The notes beneath the pieces are model-generated. The model was not told the origin of the DNA and did not search any database. It saw only the letters and a list, made by a program, of their open reading frames with translations. From assembly GCF_009914755.1 (NCBI RefSeq), contig NC_060945.1: a stretch of DNA of 64,000 nt, one strand, 5' to 3'. Source of the stretch: the human T2T-CHM13v2.0 reference genome, Homo sapiens. Positions 59,463 to 64,000 of this stretch are shown here, one piece after another. Every line of letters starts with the position of its first letter. The first letter of the stretch is position 1. The translations under genes were made by a program, and so were the position numbers.

Positions 59463-59943
59463 ATGGTAGGTAGAATAATGGCTCATAAAGCTGTCCACAT
59501 CCTAATCTCAGGACTATGTTATGTTATATGGCAGGGGAGTTAAGGCAGCAGATGGAATGAGGTTGCTAATCAGCTGATTTTAAAATAGGGAGATTATCCT
59601 GGATTATCTGGGTGGGCTCTGAGTAATCACAAGGGTTCTTAAAAGTAGAAGAGAGAGGCAGAATAGTCAGTGTCAGAGTGATGTGAGGTGAGAAAGACTC
59701 TAGCTGCCATTGCTGGCTTTGAAGATGGAAGGGTGCACTAGTCAAGGAATGTGGGAAGCCTTTGGAAAAGGCAAGAAAAGGGATTCTGTCCCCTAGAGAC
59801 TTGGGAAAGGAATGCAGTCCTTGGTTTCTAGCCCAGTGAGACCCTTGTCTGACTTGTGACCTCCAAAACTGTAAGATAAATGTTTGTTGTATTAAAACAC
59901 TAAGTGTCTGGAAGTTTGTTCCAACAGCAGTAAGAAACCGATA
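59463..59943 (+). mobile_element. MLT1D-like LTR
   Basis: tggtaggtagaataatggc...agattatcctggattatc...gacctccaaaactgtaagataaat. Confidence 0.82.
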
Positions 59944-60299
59944 AAAACTGGGGCTCTTCATTTGGCAGTCTTAGCTGACAAAATTAAGGAGGGAATAACA
60001 TGATTAGATTGGTTTTAGAAGATAAAATGATGGAGCTGCCACTTGGGTATAATTCAGCCCAGATAAGCATAGTTCTATTCTCTATTTCACCTCCTAGGTA
60101 AGACTGGCATCTGATATTGTCTTATTTGGCCCAAATCCCACTTCCAGTCTCTCTCAGCAGCTTCCACAGCCTATACCACTCCCAATTGCCGTGTCCCACT
60201 GGGTCATCTTTCCTCTGTGTTGGACACTTGAGAAAGAGTAGACCAGGTATGCACTTACCACTGAGATTGTGGTGTCACAGGCTAGGCCCAATTCCAACC

Positions 60300-61730
60300 T
60301 CATAGCTGTTGTCAGATTACTTTCCAGAGGTTTGTTTCTTTACATCCTCACTAATCCTTCGTAGCTTCAGATGTTTTAATTATTGCCAATTGAGTAGATA
60401 TTAAATATCTTACTGTTTTAATTAGCATTTCCTTGGCTAGTGAGTTTGAGGATTTTCTACCCATACTTTGGCCACTTGAGCTTCTTCTAAAAATTGTATT
60501 CTTATATTGTTTGTCCACTTATTGTCTGGATTATCCTTTTTATAGCTTTTTAGAAGTTCTTTACATATTCTGGATTCTATTTGTATCCTGTTCTTTATCC
60601 TTTTAAATGTGCTGTTTTGATGAACAGATGTTCAGTTTTAATGTAGTCAGATTTATCAATATTTTCCTTACAGTTTATGGTGATTGAGTCTGATTTAAGA
60701 AATCTTGTGTTACTACAAGGTAATTGTTTTAGTCCATTTTCATGCTGCTGATAAAGACATACCCGAGACTGGGCAATTTACAAAAGAAAGAGGTTTAATG
60801 GACTTACAGTTCCACGTGGCTGGGGAGGCCTCACAATGATGGCGGAAGTTGAAAGGTACATCTCACATGGCAGCAGACAAGAGAAGAGAGAGAGCTTGTG
60901 CAGGGAAACTCCCCTTTTAAAACTATCTGATCTCTTGAGACTTACTCACTGTCACAAGAACAGCATGGGAAAGACCTGCCCCCATGATTCAATTACCTGC
61001 TTACTGGGTCCCTCCCATAACACATGGGAATTCAAGATGAGATTTGGTTGGGGACACAGCCAAACCATATCAGTCATAATATATCCTCCTCTTTAAAAAA
61101 TATTTAAATATTTGCTTTTTATAGTCTACTTAGAACTTATTTTTGTGTGGGGTATGAGATAGAGATCCAATTTTAAATTTTTTCCAAATTCATAACCAAT
61201 TGTACCAGTATTGTTTATTGAATACAGTCCTTTCCCCAGTGATCTGCAGTGGTACCTCTGAAACACATCAGATTTCACAAATGCATGGATCAGTTTCTGG
61301 TTGCTTCATGTACCTAATGATAATTTAATTTCTTTCTCCCTAGTTCTTAAATCTTTTATTGATCTTTTTTTGTCTTTTTTCCTTTGCTTGGACCACTAGA
61401 GAAAGTTGTATGGAGATTGTGGTAAGATTATCCTTATATTGTTTTTCATTTAAAAGAAATGCTGTGAAAGACTGAATTATGAACTTTGTTATTTTTTTTT
61501 TGGTAGATTCCTTTATTAGGTTAAGGATGATCACTTTACTAGTAGTTTAATAAAAGCTTTTTAAAAAAATCATGAATAGATTTTGAATTTTCTCAAATGG
61601 TTTTCTATACAGTGTACTTATTTAGATAATTTTAAGCTTTTTTTAAAAATCGTGATTGAGATGAGATATTTTATTCTTTTAATTTAAGCCATCATTGATT
61701 TCCTGGGAGAAACTGTGATGTACTACATTA
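60300..61730 (-). mobile_element. Old L1M fragments, interrupted by THE1
   Basis: ttttaattagcatttcc, gttctttacatattctgga, gagatccaatttt antisense L1 ORF2 motifs. Confidence 0.6.
60725..61072 (-). mobile_element. THE1 solo LTR
   Basis: tgttttagtccattttcatgctgctgataaagacatacc...gacacagccaaaccatatca; TSD gtaat/gtcat. Confidence 0.92.
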
Positions 61731-61743
61731 AAAAATATTACCA

Positions 61744-62010
61744 GGCCAGGTGTGGTGGCTCACACTTGTAATCCCAACACTGAGAGGCTGAGGCTGGAGG
61801 ATCATTTGAGCGCAGGAGTTCAAAACCAGACTGGGAAATATAGTGAGACCCCATTTTTACAAAAAAAAAAACCAAAGAAAAAAAATTAGCCGGGCATGGT
61901 GGCATGCATCTGTAGTCCTAGCTACTTGGGGGACTGAGGTTGAAGGATCACTTAAGGCTGGGAGGTTGAAGCTGCAATGAACTGTGATCATGCCTCTGCA
62001 CTCCAGCCTA
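61744..62010 (+). mobile_element. AluJ (3'-truncated)
   Basis: ggccaggtgtggtggctcac...cactccagcct. Confidence 0.88.
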
Positions 62011-62149
62011 AATTATTGGACCCAATATGCAAATATTTGGGATTTTGGCATATATATTCATAAGAGGTGTTGACCAGTGATAATCTTTTCTTGTATCACC
62101 CTTATTCAGATTTGGTATCAACATGATACTTCATCATCTTTGTAATAAT

Positions 62150-62415
62150 TTCTTTCTTTTTTTTAGAGACAGGGACTCTCTCTGTCACCCAGGCTAGAGT
62201 GTAGTGGTGCTATCATATCCTACTGCAGCCTTGAAGTCCTGGACTCGAGTGATCTTCTTGCCTTAACTTCTTGATTAGCTGGGATTATAGGCGCAAACCA
62301 CCATGCTCAGATAATTTTTAAATTTTCTTTTTGTAGAATAAGGGTCTTGCTATGTTGCCCAGGCTGGTCTTCAACTCCTGGGCTCAAGAAATTCTCCCAT
62401 CTTGGCCTCCCAAAT
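62150..62415 (-). mobile_element. AluJ element
   Basis: Diverged reverse-complement dimer. Confidence 0.88.
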
Positions 62416-62667
62416 GTCATAGTTTTGGAAAGGGAGGAATTTTTATTTCCTGGAAATTTGGCAAAATCGATTCTTAAATGGTCTGGATCTGGACCTTTTT
62501 AAATATGGAGACACTTGCAGTAGCAATTAATCACTTTGGAAGGGTCGCTAGTCCATTCTGCTCACATTTCATTGGCCAGAAGGAGTCATTCTGGCCATAC
62601 CTAATTTCAGATGGGGCGGGGTGGTAGAATCTTCCTCATCCTGGAAGCAGGGGGCACTCAGTCCAAT

Positions 62668-62915
62668 AGCACAAGGAAACAAATTTTGTCAATAATCTTG
62701 AGTGAGCGTGGGAACAGATTCTTCCCGTCAAGGCTTCAGGTGAGAACACAGCCTGGCAAACACTTTGAATGCAGCTTTGTGAGACCCTAAGCAGAGGACC
62801 CAGTTAAGCCTGCTTAAATTCGTGACTCACAGAAACTGTGAGATATTAAATACATATTGGTTTAAGGTGTTAAATTTGTGATAGCTTGTTATGTGGCAAT
62901 AGAAAACTGATGTAC
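62668..62915 (+). mobile_element. MLT1E/D-like LTR 3' part
   Basis: gtgagaccctaagcagaggacccagttaagcc...cacagaaactgtgagat...gcaatagaaaactga. Confidence 0.75.
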
Positions 62916-63009
62916 TGATCTCTACTGACCTCCCCTTAGAAGTGGATTTGGGTTGATGAAGGGTGTTCGACTCTATTTAAGGTAACCAGCTTATTATTTA
63001 TTTTCTTTT

Positions 63010-63570
63010 ATACAACGTTTTTTCTATTTATAAAAGTAATACAAATGTTTTGTGTAGAAAAATTGGAAGAAACAGAAAATTATAAAGTAGAAGATCAACA
63101 TTATCCTTAATCTTAGCACAAAAGGATATTCAGTGTTTTTTCCTACTTGTATTTATGTATGATATGCATATCCTAAAGTTGGGATTCATTCCAAAGTATG
63201 TTTTTTGAACCAATATTTTTCCTTTTACTAGATCATGAGCATTTCCTTGTCTCATAATGTGTTCTTCTAAAATATGATTTCAAATGGCTGCATACTATTC
63301 CAAAGAGTGTCCCAGTTTATTGAACCATTTCCCTATAGCTAGACATTTATGTTGCTTTAAAATACTCATCATGATAAATAATGCTTTGAAAAATATCCTA
63401 TACAAAAATCATTGTGCGTATCACTGATTGCTTCTAAATTTCTAAAGGTAGAACTATTAGCTCAAAGGTTGTAAATGTTTTTAAGTCCTTTTCTACCTAA
63501 CCATCTATTTTCCAACATTTCTAAAAAATAATGTAAGACTTAGACATCTGTTTCTGTAACTCACCAGGTT
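63010..63570 (-). mobile_element. Old L1MC-like 3' fragment
   Basis: ataaaagtaataca...aatggctgcatactattcc...tttattgaaccatttccc. Confidence 0.5.
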
Positions 63571-64000
63571 GGGATAGGACAGAACTATTGATTTTTGAGC
63601 ATCTAGGTTCCTGTTTTCTTAACCCTGTTTGCAGAGTGGTTTTAAATTATTCATTAAAGTGCAATATGGATTCTATTTATAGACGCATTTGTGTATGAGA
63701 TCGCTCCTTTAATGTTTGGGGAAAAGCCTACAAATTGCTATTATCACATTCCTATCTTTGTAAATCCTTTTCTACTCCTATTCACCCTTTCTTTGTTCTC
63801 AGTCAACCCAGTAGAGACACTGAGACAAATAAAGCCTTGTATCCTTATATTATTCAGACAGAATGGCTGTTCTGAGCCAGCCCTTGTTCTTTTCTTCTTG
63901 CCATTTATTAATTAGTTGATCTCAAAAAGATGAGAGATCAGAATATTAATGATTAATTCAAAAATATTTTTCCTGGTCCCTAAAGTAATGGATGTTTGTG

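Noticed and set aside
60816-60828. PRDM9 hotspot motif in the THE1 LTRs
   Set aside because: The minus strand reads CCTCCCCAGCCAC (and CCTCCCCAGCCAT in the 4.5-kb THE1), lacking the T of the hot CCTCCCT version.

Overview
Human (or great-ape) genomic DNA, judged from AluY/AluS/AluJ, L1PA, THE1/MST/MLT1 and LTR8 elements. It is GC-rich and dense in minisatellites, like a subtelomeric region. I can support no protein-coding exon: nearly all ORF-track entries come from repeats, low-complexity sequence or CpG islands. There are two CpG-island promoters. The first (~0.9-2.3 kb) has + strand splice and polyA signals suggesting a spliced lncRNA. The second (~53.5-56.1 kb) has five CCAAT boxes, many GC boxes and an ATG-less first exon ending at a GCAG|GTGAGT donor (55552), followed by AT-rich intron; from memory it resembles the PCBP3 5' end at 21q22.3, which I have not verified. 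The most notable structure is a heavily decayed ERV-L-type provirus on the minus strand (~40-49.3 kb). Inside it, a 68/69-bp segment of the reverse transcriptase core (the AFFSIP...QKQFAFxW...QQY region between motifs A and B) has been tandemly amplified about 30 times. The result is a CpG-dense 2-kb VNTR with a 958-bp higher-order repeat that is stop-free in all three minus-strand frames. At least three other VNTRs also arose inside transposon fossils (Tigger3, L1, MLT1), and all look GC/CpG-enriched relative to their parents. Repeat family names and consensus comparisons are from recall, not from a database search, and boundaries are approximate.
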